64,000 nucleotides of DNA from Thermoplasmata archaeon (GCA_021817605.1 JAKAUN010000002.1:3676-67675), one strand, 5' to 3'; numbered from the stretch's first letter, positions 35,747 to 44,202 are shown. Made by a program: numbers and translations. The notes: generated by a model from the letters alone, not told the origin.

Positions 35747-37078
35747 GTGGCGCAGCCGAGCGAGGGAGGTTTCGCCGGGGTCCTCCACCGGGAATCGTTC
35801 CCTGCCTTCCTCGCCGCCGGGGCGGCGCAGTTCGCCGGCCCGTCCACGGCCTTCGTCGTGCTGATCTTCTCGGTGGCGGTCGCCTACCCGCGCGCCGACT
35901 CCTCCTTTGTCGCCGTCGCGCTCGCCCTCATGGGACTCTCTTCGGCCCTGCCGACGCTCGCCGGGGCGTTCTTCGCCGGACCGCTGGCGGACCGGCACGA
36001 CCGGCATTTGCTCATGCGCACGGCGAACCTCGTCTCCCTCGTCGCCACCGCGCTGCTGGCGGTCGATCTGTTCTTCGCTCCCTCGAAAAAGGTCGCGCTG
36101 CCGCTGTTGCCGGGCTTCTACCTCCCCCTCTGGCTGCTCCTTCTCTATCCCGTCTGGGCAGGGCTCATCACGACGGCGACCCTCTTCCGACCCGCCTACA
36201 ATACCTCCGTCCCCAAGTTCGTCTCGACCGCCGAGCTCGGCAGGGCCAACGGCCTCATCTACGCCATCGCCGCCGCGGTGAGCGCCGGCGGCACGCTCCT
36301 GGTCGGGGTCGTCCTCACGCTCGGCGGCAGCGTGCTCGCGCTCTCGATACCGTTCGTGCTCTTCCTTGCCACGCAGGTCGCGCTCCTCCTCGTGACCACG
36401 GACCTCAAGGTCCGTCGGGAGGGTACCCCGCCGAAGATCCTCCGCTTCGCGGCCGAGGGGCTCTCCTACCTCGTCCGACGCCGCGACCTCTTCGAGGTGA
36501 CGATCGCGGCGTTGTTCGTCAACCTCCTGGCTGCGGTCGCCTTCGTCGAGCTCGGCCTCTTCGTGCGGGACTCGCTCGGACTGCTCTCGGGGATATGGTA
36601 CGGCGCCATGATCTCGGCGTCGACCGCGGGAGCGGCGTGCGGCCTGCTCGCGATCTCCCGTATCCCCTTCGAAAAGCACGCCGGCCTCTGGCTCATCGTG
36701 CTGGTCCTGGCGATGGGAGGCGCCCTGTCCGCGCTCTCGTTCGTCCGGAACATCTGGCTCGCCCTGCCGATCATCTTCGTCTACGGCCTGATGCCGGGGA
36801 TGATCCAGACCGTGTTCCTCTCCGCGGTCCAGGCGACGGTGCCGGACGAGGTGATGGGACGGGTCTTCGCCGCGGACGAGGTCGGCAGCTACATGCTCGT
36901 GCCGGTCGGCCAGAGCCTCGGCGGCCTCCTCGCCGTCGAGGTCGGGGTGGAGGGGGCCTACCTGTTCGCCGGCGGGTCGATGGTGGCTCTCGGCGTCGTC
37001 ATGCTCGGAACGTTCGGTTCGCTCCGGGGCCTCAGGATCCGCGTGGACGAGCCGGGGGCCGGGCCGACGGCGAGCTAA
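35747..37078 (+). CDS. MFS transporter (MFS_3 / EntS-like)
   Basis: About 12 TM helices and a GPLADRHDRHLLM loop motif. The start is uncertain: GTG 35747 avoids overlap with the divergent pelota gene, and the track start is 35603. Confidence 0.75.
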   Translation: MAQPSEGGFAGVLHRESFPAFLAAGAAQFAGPSTAFVVLIFSVAVAYPRADSSFVAVALALMGLSSALPTLAGAFFAGPLADRHDRHLLMRTANLVSLVATALLAVDLFFAPSKKVALPLLPGFYLPLWLLLLYPVWAGLITTATLFRPAYNTSVPKFVSTAELGRANGLIYAIAAAVSAGGTLLVGVVLTLGGSVLALSIPFVLFLATQVALLLVTTDLKVRREGTPPKILRFAAEGLSYLVRRRDLFEVTIAALFVNLLAAVAFVELGLFVRDSLGLLSGIWYGAMISASTAGAACGLLAISRIPFEKHAGLWLIVLVLAMGGALSALSFVRNIWLALPIIFVYGLMPGMIQTVFLSAVQATVPDEVMGRVFAADEVGSYMLVPVGQSLGGLLAVEVGVEGAYLFAGGSMVALGVVMLGTFGSLRGLRIRVDEPGAGPTAS

Positions 37079-38043
37079 CGCGCCGGCGCGCGCGACGCCC
37101 TCGAAGGTCCAAAGGGGATGCAGGCGGTGTTGTACCAGTCGCGACTCGGGCCGAGGGAACGCGCGAAACCGAGCCGCTGGTAGAGGGCGACGGCCGGCTG
37201 GTTGCCCTCCGTGACGTTGAGGTAGATCCGCTTCGCCGCCGGTGCCGCTCGGAGCCTCCGGAGGCTCTCAAGGAGCGTCCGGCGGCCGAGCCCCTGGCCT
37301 TGGTGCCCCGGGTCGACCGCGACATCGGCCAGGAGGACCCCGTCGGGCCGACGGACCGCCAGGACCTGGGCGACGGGCTTCCCCTCGATCTCGAGGACGA
37401 CCGAGCCGTCCGGGTCGAGCTCGCCGAAGCGCCCGTCCAGGATGTCGCGGACCTCCCGCAGCGCGTCCGAGGCCTCGTCCGCTTCCTGAAGGAAGAGGTA
37501 GCGGTCGAAGCGGTCGTGGTAGGCGCGGCGGTGGACCTCGGCAAGGCTCGCGAGGTCCGAGGCGACCACCCCCCTCACCCTACCGGGACCTTCCGACGTT
37601 TCCCGAGGGAGGTCCCGGGCGACGGGCAGTTGCATCTCGCTGCGACCGTAGGGGGCGAACCCGAGCCCGGTCATCAGCCGCTCTTCCTCCGCCGGGGCCA
37701 CCCCGGCGAGCGGCCCCGGAGCGAAGACGAGCCGACCCACCTCACCGATCACCGCGGCGAGGGCCGAAGCATACGCTTCCGCCGAGGCAGTGCCGGCGTT
37801 CAGGTAGAAGAGGTCCAGGTTCGTTCCCATCGCCGTCGCTGCCGACCACGCGGCCAGGCCCACCGGACGGCCGTCGAGCCGAAGGAGCCGGGCCACGAGG
37901 CGGCCGGCCCTACGGTCCGCTTCGAGCGACGCGTGCCAGGCGCTGGCATCGACCGCCGGACCCGCACGCGCCTCGACCGCCCGGAGCAACCACCGGCTCG
38001 CCACCTCGGGCGCGTCGTCCAACCCCGCGAGCTCGATCTTCAC
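37075..38043 (-). CDS. GNAT-family N-acetyltransferase (two-domain)
   Basis: C-terminal acetyl-CoA motif (LADVAVDPGHQGQGLGRRTLLESL...LYQRLGF) preceded by a degenerate GNAT-like N-domain. GTG 38043 (VKIELAGL) is chosen as the start; the track ORF extends to 38178. Confidence 0.72.
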   Translation of the reverse strand: MKIELAGLDDAPEVASRWLLRAVEARAGPAVDASAWHASLEADRRAGRLVARLLRLDGRPVGLAAWSAATAMGTNLDLFYLNAGTASAEAYASALAAVIGEVGRLVFAPGPLAGVAPAEEERLMTGLGFAPYGRSEMQLPVARDLPRETSEGPGRVRGVVASDLASLAEVHRRAYHDRFDRYLFLQEADEASDALREVRDILDGRFGELDPDGSVVLEIEGKPVAQVLAVRRPDGVLLADVAVDPGHQGQGLGRRTLLESLRRLRAAPAAKRIYLNVTEGNQPAVALYQRLGFARSLGPSRDWYNTACIPFGPSRASRAPAR

Positions 38044-38272
38044 GGTGCCTCCTGTCCGCGCCGGTACAAAGGCCCTCCTTGGGAGGAGGACGACCCCCGG
38101 GTGCGGCCGCCCGAGGGACGGACACTCGCCTCGCCGAGCTCCTCGGTCGCGCTCGTCGCGATGCTTGCGGGGGAGCACGGGGGATCGAAACCGCGAGAGG
38201 AGCTTACGGTCCGTTCGGGTCGCGCCGGGTCAGGTGGCCCGCTCAAGCAGCCACACCGCGGCCGGGGCCAAC

Positions 38273-38280
38273 CTATATAG
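38273..38280 (+). promoter_or_regulatory. Putative TATA box (CTATATAG) for the RHH-ftsZ-like operon
   Basis: Strong AT-rich palindromic TATA in a local low-GC patch. The predicted transcription start near 38303 lies downstream of the track ATG 38293, which favours ATG 38335 as the true start. Confidence 0.55.
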
Positions 38281-38301
38281 GCGACCTCAGATATGTCAAT
38301 C

Positions 38302-38330
38302 GTCAGACAAAGAACCATATCTTGTCTGAC
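38302..38330 (+). promoter_or_regulatory. Perfect inverted repeat GTCAGACAA-N11-TTGTCTGAC (candidate operator)
   Basis: 9-bp perfect arms at 38302-38310 and 38322-38330. It lies between the TATA box and ATG 38335 and overlaps the predicted transcription start. Confidence 0.5.
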
Positions 38331-38334
38331 AATC

Positions 38335-38700
38335 ATGTCCGACACGTCCGAGCGGGTCACCGTCCGCATCCCACAAGAGCTGCTGGAGAAGCTCAAGCAG
38401 ATTCAGCTATCCAAGGGGACGGCGACGATCTCCGACACGATACGGGAGGGGCTCGAGCAGTACATCGAGCTCAACCTGCCCCCCCAGCACATCCGCAAGG
38501 TCGTGGTCGAGCTCTCCCGCCAGGACAACAGCCGGCTCGAGGAGTTCGTCCGGGAAGGCAACTCCGTCAGCGTCGACGACGCCGTCCGCTCGGCCGTGCG
38601 GGAGTACATCCGCAGCCGGATCGATCAGCTGGCTCCGGCGTCCCGCTCCCCGCGCCGCGAGGGCGATACCGTCGCCGCCGCCGGCTCTCCGCCGGCGTGA
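38335..38700 (+). CDS. Ribbon-helix-helix (CopG-like) DNA-binding protein with two RHH-like modules; CdrS/CdrL-like division regulator candidate
   Basis: MSDTSERVTVRIPQELLEKLKQIQLSKGTATISDTIREGLEQYI is the first RHH module. KVVVELSRQDNSRLEEFVREGNSVSVDDAVRSAVREYIR is the second. It lies directly upstream of, and overlaps, the start of the FtsZ-like gene. Confidence 0.72.
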   Translation: MSDTSERVTVRIPQELLEKLKQIQLSKGTATISDTIREGLEQYIELNLPPQHIRKVVVELSRQDNSRLEEFVREGNSVSVDDAVRSAVREYIRSRIDQLAPASRSPRREGDTVAAAGSPPA

Positions 38701-38714
38701 TAGGTCCCCTGTCC

Positions 38715-39740
38715 ATGTTCGACGGTCCGACGGCGGACGCCCTCCACGGCCTCTCGCTCGCCCCGTCGATCGCGGTCGTCGGGCTCGGAGGCGCCGGTTC
38801 GGAGGCGGTCGACGACCTCGTCAACCTCGGCCTGCCGGGGGCGCGCTCGCTCGCGGTGAACACCGACGCCCGCCACCTCAGCCACGTCCGGGCCGAGGAG
38901 CGGATCCTTCTCGGCCAGCGAGAGCTCGGCGGACGCGGGAGCGGCGGCGACCGTGCGGCGGTCCTTCGTGCCGCCGAGGACAGCCGCGAGGAGATCCTCC
39001 GAAGGCTCTCACGGTTCGAGCTCGTCTTCCTTCTCGCCGGCCTCGGAGGCGGAACCGGGAGCGCCCTGCTCCCGTTCCTCGTCAAGGAGCTCAGGAAGAC
39101 CGAGGCGCTCCCCGTGCCGGTCGTCTTCCTGCCGTTCCGCGTGGAGCTCGAGGCGAACCCCGGCCGTCGGCAGAACGTCGAGGAGACGATCGCCGAGCTC
39201 GAAGGACTCGGGGGCCTCCTCCTCGTCCTCGCCAACGAGAAGCTCCGCCGGTTCGAGTCGCTGCCGGTCCACCGCGTCTTCGGCGTGCGCAACGCCTACC
39301 TCCACGCCCTGATCGCCAACCTGGTCGACATCGTCGACCATCCCTCGCAACTCAACGTCGATCTCGCGAGCGTGAAGAGCCACCTTCGTCAGTCGGGGCT
39401 CTCGACCCTGATCATCGGCGAGGAGCACATCTCCGAGCCGGCCCGGCTCGTGCAGCGCGCCCTCTCCGATTCGCTCCTTGATTTCGAGCTCCCCTACCGG
39501 CCGAGCGCGCTCGTCCACCTGGAAGGGGGAACGAACCTCACGCTCCGCGTCCTGGACGAGGTGCTCCACACCGTTCGGGAGCACCTCGGCGAGCCGGCCC
39601 GCCTCACCTTCGGGGCGAGGATCCGCCCGGAACCGTGCGAGGTCGTCCGACTGACCGCTGTCCTCGGCGGGCTCAAGCCCCGCACCGTCCACGAGGCCGT
39701 CGCCCGGCTTCCCCCGTCGGCTCCGCTCGCCGCCCGCTAG
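38715..39740 (+). CDS. ftsZ: FtsZ/tubulin-superfamily GTPase, divergent FtsZ paralogue (FtsZ2-like locus context)
   Basis: Collinear with FtsZ: IAVVGLGGAGSEAV (T1), AVNTDARHL, LAGLGGGTGSALLP (T4 tubulin signature) and NVDLASVK (T7, second Asp replaced by Ser). There is no C-terminal tail. Only the last roughly 341 codons of ORF 37242..39740 are real. GTG 38697, overlapping the RHH stop, is an alternative start. Confidence 0.85.
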   Translation: MFDGPTADALHGLSLAPSIAVVGLGGAGSEAVDDLVNLGLPGARSLAVNTDARHLSHVRAEERILLGQRELGGRGSGGDRAAVLRAAEDSREEILRRLSRFELVFLLAGLGGGTGSALLPFLVKELRKTEALPVPVVFLPFRVELEANPGRRQNVEETIAELEGLGGLLLVLANEKLRRFESLPVHRVFGVRNAYLHALIANLVDIVDHPSQLNVDLASVKSHLRQSGLSTLIIGEEHISEPARLVQRALSDSLLDFELPYRPSALVHLEGGTNLTLRVLDEVLHTVREHLGEPARLTFGARIRPEPCEVVRLTAVLGGLKPRTVHEAVARLPPSAPLAAR

Positions 39741-40375
39741 CCTTCGGGCCGCGCCCGAGCCTCCCGGGACCGAGCCCGGGCTTCCCGGACGTCGAGCTCG
39801 TGGTGAAAGATGTCCAGCACCTGGCTGGTCCGCAGCACCCTCGGGCCGACCGACAGCCGGGGGACCCCGCTCCGTTCGAGGACCGCGCGCTCCTCGACTG
39901 TCGGGTCGTGGGGGTCGGAGACGACCGCCGCGACCTCCGGGCCGGCCGGGAGCCCCTCCGCGAGCGGGTTTCCGTCCTCGGAAAGCCAGAGAGCGCCCGA
40001 CCGGGAGAGAAAGCTCCCGAGGTAGGCGAGGGGGTCGACCGGTCCCACGGAGAGACCCGGCGAGGACTCGAAGTCACGCTCGACGTTCGCGGCACGCACG
40101 AGGGCGTTCTTGAGCAGAGCGGCGGTCGACCGCTCGTCCGGATTGAGATAGCGGAGGCGGGCCCCGACAAGCTCCACCCGGCGGGAGGCCGGGGGAGGCT
40201 CGGCGGCGAAGAGGATCGCGACCTCGGTGTCGCGGCGAAGGGTGTTCGACAGGGTGAAGGCGGTCGAGACCGCGCGGGCGACCTCGTCCATCCGTCCCGC
40301 GCCGCCCGCGAGGTCGTTGAGAGTGAACTCCCCCCGGACCGGAACCTTGTGGGCGAGCAGGAGGAAGCGGCGCAT
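39737..40375 (-). CDS. trmY: tRNA (pseudouridine54-N1)-methyltransferase TrmY (SPOUT, DUF358)
   Basis: Internal ATG 40375. MRRFLLLAHKVPVRGEFTLNDLAGGAGRMDEVARAVSTAF is the TrmY N-terminal pattern. It shares a CTAG dual stop with the ftsZ-like gene. Confidence 0.78.
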   Translation of the reverse strand: MRRFLLLAHKVPVRGEFTLNDLAGGAGRMDEVARAVSTAFTLSNTLRRDTEVAILFAAEPPPASRRVELVGARLRYLNPDERSTAALLKNALVRAANVERDFESSPGLSVGPVDPLAYLGSFLSRSGALWLSEDGNPLAEGLPAGPEVAAVVSDPHDPTVEERAVLERSGVPRLSVGPRVLRTSQVLDIFHHELDVREARARSREARARPEG

Positions 40376-40428
40376 CGCCCGCCAGCGGGGCGCCGGGCCG
40401 CTATAACTTTGGGCGGACGGAGAGTCGT

Positions 40429-41091
40429 CTACCCGACCCCGCCCGCGCGACGGCCACGCGGGGCGGCGGGAGGCTCCGGCGCGGGGCTCTGGCGTCGCTC
40501 GAGCCAGATCTCGTCGCCGAGCTCGTGGTAGACGGCGTGGTCGGCCATGCCGGTCCCCCGCTCCCCGTGGGGGAGACGGAAGCCCGAGGCCCGGTTGAGG
40601 TTCGGCGAGTAGACGACATCGGCCTCGCCGGCGGCAGCCATCGCCGCGGACTCCTCCCGAGCCAGCTCGAAGATGCGCTCCTTGCGGAACATCCAGTAGT
40701 GGATGCGCCACTCGCGCCCGTCGTAGAGGGTGGTCTCGTCCCGCTCGGTCTCGAGGATCCCGGTGTCCTCCAGCATGTAGAACGTGTCGCGGTCGTCCGG
40801 CTCTAGGACGTTGTCGATGATACGCTCGTTGAAGCCAAAGAAGTTGAGGACGTGGGCAGCGATCGAGCGGGCATCCTCGGCACGCATCCCGTCGTGCCCG
40901 ACGGAGCGGCGGATCGCCTTGGCGAGCGAGTCGAAATCGACCGGCCCGCTCGCGTCGACCAACGTCGCGTCGGTCGGCAGACCCATCCGGGTCTGCGAGA
41001 TGTCCTCCGCGGTCCTCAACGGGACCGGGTTCCTAAGAGTATAATGCGCCGTGCCCTCCGCCCGCGAAGGGCGCCCCCCCGTGCCCGTCAC
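40429..41091 (-). CDS. Conserved-looking hypothetical protein (FYMLEDTGILETE...WRIHYW core)
   Basis: 220-aa ORF with gene-like codon bias. A GTG start lies about 25 bp downstream of a TAAATAG box, so it is probably leaderless. I recognise no family. Confidence 0.6.
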   Translation of the reverse strand: MTGTGGRPSRAEGTAHYTLRNPVPLRTAEDISQTRMGLPTDATLVDASGPVDFDSLAKAIRRSVGHDGMRAEDARSIAAHVLNFFGFNERIIDNVLEPDDRDTFYMLEDTGILETERDETTLYDGREWRIHYWMFRKERIFELAREESAAMAAAGEADVVYSPNLNRASGFRLPHGERGTGMADHAVYHELGDEIWLERRQSPAPEPPAAPRGRRAGGVG

Positions 41092-41114
41092 GAACGAATC
41101 TATCCTCTGGTTCG

Positions 41115-41121
41115 CTATTTA
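41115..41121 (-). promoter_or_regulatory. Putative TATA box (minus strand GATATAAATAGCG)
   Basis: TAAATAG element centred about 27 bp upstream of GTG 41091. Confidence 0.5.
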
Positions 41122-41189
41122 TATCTTGGCTGAGCCCCAAGGACCGAAAGGAACGACCCCATCCCGCGCGGGCGGCCGTCCGAGGCTCT

Positions 41190-41771
41190 TCAGAGCACGA
41201 CCCGACGGCCCCGTCCGACGCGCTGAAGCGCCTCGACCCCCGGACGCCACTCCTCCTCCTCGATCCGGAACTCGACCTCCGCGAGCTGGGAGAGCTCCTT
41301 CGGGAACGGCAGGAGAGACTTCGCGAGGTAGACGTGGGCGTACGGCGAGCCGGACGGGGCGCTCCAGCCCTTGCCCGTGTCCACCACGCCGCGGAACTCG
41401 TAGTACTCGGGCGCCGGCAAGAACCAGACCACGCTGTCGTCGGTCGCTCTCAGTCCCGAGGGCGGACGAGGAAGGAGCTGGAGCCCGAGGTGGTGGGCGA
41501 CCTGAGCGGGGAGCGTGAAGAGCAGCCGTTCGCCCGGGCGCGCGGTGGCGATGAGACGGTTGCGGACCGTCTCCACCGCGAGGGCCTCCCGAGCGGGGTA
41601 GGTCGCGATCACCCGCGCGATCCCCGACCCCCGGCTGAGGAAGGAGATCGAGCGGCTTGCGGGCCGACCACCCGCCCCGACCGGGTCGTAGCGGAGGAGC
41701 GCGGCGACCTCGGTGGGAAGCTGCATGGTGAGCCACGTCGGGTGCGTCGCGCGCAGGACGACGTACTCCAT
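41190..41771 (-). CDS. Hypothetical protein, possible AbrB/SpoVT-like swapped-hairpin segments
   Basis: 193 aa. LTMQLPTEVAALLRY and LLFTLPAQVAHHLGL resemble AbrB-type beta-hairpin motifs (weak evidence). A CTTATAG-like box lies about 20 bp upstream of the ATG. Confidence 0.55.
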   Translation of the reverse strand: MEYVVLRATHPTWLTMQLPTEVAALLRYDPVGAGGRPASRSISFLSRGSGIARVIATYPAREALAVETVRNRLIATARPGERLLFTLPAQVAHHLGLQLLPRPPSGLRATDDSVVWFLPAPEYYEFRGVVDTGKGWSAPSGSPYAHVYLAKSLLPFPKELSQLAEVEFRIEEEEWRPGVEALQRVGRGRRVVL

Positions 41772-41850
41772 CGCCGGTAGCCACCGCGCCAGGCTATAAG
41801 AAATCTGTCAGAAGGACGGCCTATCGGCGGAACGTGCAGGGGCGGACGGT

Positions 41851-43173
41851 CTACTCCGCGGGAGGGGCGAGGTCGTACTCGCCGCCCTCGGGCGGAAGGG
41901 CCGTGTCGAGCCACGGCCGCAAGGCGCCTTCGGGTTCCCTGCGTCCCGCCGACCCGAGATGGCGGACGAAAGGCCGCGCTCCGATCGGGGAGAGAAGGGT
42001 GGTCGCGACGCCCACTCCCGCGACCACGGTGAACAGCTCGGGGGAGAAGATCCCCCGCACCTCGAGGATGACGGCCATGGCGAGCTCGACCGCTCCCCGG
42101 CTTGCGACCAGGAAGCCGGCGCCGAGCGCCTCGGACGGCGACCAGCCGAACAGGCGGGTCACCATCGCTCCGACGGCGACCTTGGAGAGAAGGGCGAACA
42201 GGCAGAGGGCCGCGAACGAGAATAGGACGAGAGGGGAGGAGACCAGGCTCCTCAGGTTCATGTCGAAGCCGACCAGCGCGAAGAACAGGGGGATGAAGAA
42301 CCCCCAGGTTATCGTATCGAAGACGCGGGCGATCTGGCGGTGCTCGTGGGGCCCGGCGCTCTCGGGGGTGATGAGCAGCCCGGCGTAGAAGGCGCCGACC
42401 AGGAAGGTGAGGCCGAGGGCCTGGGAGTAGAGCGCCGCCCCGAGACCGCTCACCATGAGGATGGCAAAGCCGGCCTCCCGCGAGCGCCAGCTGCCCCGGA
42501 ACCGGGCGACCCAGCGGTCCCAGATGCGCAGGTGACGGAGGCTCCGCAGCCCGTTGTGGACGGCCAGAATGGACGTGAGGAACACCCCCACGGTGAGCAC
42601 CGCGACCGCCACGGCGGTCGTGGTAGAGCCGTGCGCGCCCCAGACGCTCAGGAGGATCGAGAAGGTCGTCACCGCCGCAAGCTCGTTGAGGAGCGAGCTG
42701 TTGAGCAGGGTCGTCCCGAACTTGCTTCCGAGCAGGCCGAACTCCCGCAGCATGATCCCAAGGACGGGGAGCGCCGTGATCGAGATGGTCAGCGCGACGA
42801 AGAGGTCGGTCGTGGTGGAGAACGCCGGATAGAGCAGGTGGACGACCTCGGCCCCGGCAAGGAACGGGGCGACGAACATGGTGATCCCCAACGCCGCCGC
42901 GGGGACGCCGGTCGCGTAGACCTGCTCGGGCGTGACGGCGAGGCCGGCGGTCATCAGGATGAAGAACGTCGCCAGGAACTGCAGTCCCGTGAGCTCCGTG
43001 TTGAGGCTCAGGAAGCCGAGGGGCGCGCCGAGGAGCGTCGGGCCGAAGACGACCCCGACCGCGAGCTGGCCGACCAGCGCGGCCTGCCCGAGCCGGCTCA
43101 TGAGCTCGCCCACGAGCACCGAGCAGGCGACCAGCAGGAACAGCGCGACGATGAACAGCGTCGTGGGGTCCAT
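41851..43173 (-). CDS. Cation/proton antiporter (CPA2, Kef/NapA-type Na+/H+ exchanger family)
   Basis: Internal ATG 43173, preceded by AGGAGG. MDPTTLFIVALFLLVACSVLVGELMSRLGQAALVGQLAVGVVFGP... with about 12 TM helices. Confidence 0.85.
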   Translation of the reverse strand: MDPTTLFIVALFLLVACSVLVGELMSRLGQAALVGQLAVGVVFGPTLLGAPLGFLSLNTELTGLQFLATFFILMTAGLAVTPEQVYATGVPAAALGITMFVAPFLAGAEVVHLLYPAFSTTTDLFVALTISITALPVLGIMLREFGLLGSKFGTTLLNSSLLNELAAVTTFSILLSVWGAHGSTTTAVAVAVLTVGVFLTSILAVHNGLRSLRHLRIWDRWVARFRGSWRSREAGFAILMVSGLGAALYSQALGLTFLVGAFYAGLLITPESAGPHEHRQIARVFDTITWGFFIPLFFALVGFDMNLRSLVSSPLVLFSFAALCLFALLSKVAVGAMVTRLFGWSPSEALGAGFLVASRGAVELAMAVILEVRGIFSPELFTVVAGVGVATTLLSPIGARPFVRHLGSAGRREPEGALRPWLDTALPPEGGEYDLAPPAE

Positions 43174-43444
43174 GCGATCGACCTCCTGTTGTACCAGCTG
43201 ACGGCGAAACGCCCCGGCTCGTCGTCCGCCACCCCCCACGGGACATTCCGGCGGTCGACGGGGTCCGGGCCAGCGCCTTCTTGTGCAGGCGAACCTGCCA
43301 CCCCTTTTATGGGGCGCCTTCCAGGGGGCGGACCGCTGCTTAAGCCGCCGGCGCCCTGCGGACGGGGTGACCTCGCCTTCCGCGCCCCGGCCGCGACGCA
43401 GCAAAGAGACTTCGCCCCCCGGCTCGGCCATCGACGAACGGAGG

Positions 43445-43831
43445 ATGCGCGCGCTCGCCGAGCCGCTGGATGTGCGGTGGAGGTCCCGCGAGCCCTACCC
43501 CCTTCTCGAGGTGCGCAACCCGCTCCGCGGGACGCGCTATCTCGTACTGCTGCCGGCCTACCCCGACCGGGAGAGCGCCCTGTGCACGTGCACCGATTTC
43601 GCCCGGCGGGGCCTGGGAGACTGCAAGCACATCGAGTCCGCGTGGCGTTGGCTCGGCTCCCGTTCCGAGACCGACGACCCGCTCCCCGCCGTGGAGGAGC
43701 GGCCGGCGCCTCCCGCTGTGTGGGAAGAGGTGGATCGCCGCCTTCGTGGTGATCCCCCTCTCGAGCTACGGGACATTCGCGCGCTAGGCGCTCCGGGAAG
43801 GGTGCTCTTCGAGCGGAGAAGCGAGGGCTGA
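43445..43831 (+). CDS. SWIM zinc-finger protein (small)
   Basis: CxCx(n)CxH SWIM signature (LCTCTDFARRGLGDCKHIESAW). ATG 43445 is preceded by GGAGG. The track ORF start at 43283 is an extension. Confidence 0.62.
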   Translation: MRALAEPLDVRWRSREPYPLLEVRNPLRGTRYLVLLPAYPDRESALCTCTDFARRGLGDCKHIESAWRWLGSRSETDDPLPAVEERPAPPAVWEEVDRRLRGDPPLELRDIRALGAPGRVLFERRSEG

Positions 43832-44202
43832 GGGCCGTCCACGGCCCAGCGGCTGCGCCCCGTCCCCGGAACGCTCGCTCCGGGGCGTTGTTGAACCGGC
43901 ACGCCGTTCCGCTCGTTCGGGGTCATCGTGCCCGGGAACCCGCAGACGATCGCACCCGCGGAGCGCCCGCTTCTGAACGCGATCCCGGTGGAAGGGTACG
44001 AGGGGGGAACCCGGCAGCGAACCGGACTTCCCGTCACGCTCCTCCGGCCCTCGGCCCTTCTGACCGCTACGGCGGAGGACTCTCGGGAACGGAGCCCGCC
44101 TGGAGGAAAGGTCCCCCAAGGCAGGGACGGGACCGCTGGCGAAAGCGGGTCGGGAGAAGGCGGAAGGAAGAGGTTCGCCCTGAGACGACCGACCGAGGGG
44201 CC
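43832..44202. other. Unassigned roughly 370-bp gap; weakly coding-like; purine-rich plus strand with GNRA hairpin and RNase-P-CR-I-like string (candidate structured RNA)
   Basis: The longest ORFs here have visibly more A/T-ending codons than real genes. The plus strand contains GGAGGAAAGGUCC (44102-44114), AAGGCAGGG, a C-GAAA-G hairpin (44140-44145) and GGGGCC (44197-44202), which is complementary to GGUCCCC with a bulged U. Confidence 0.3.
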
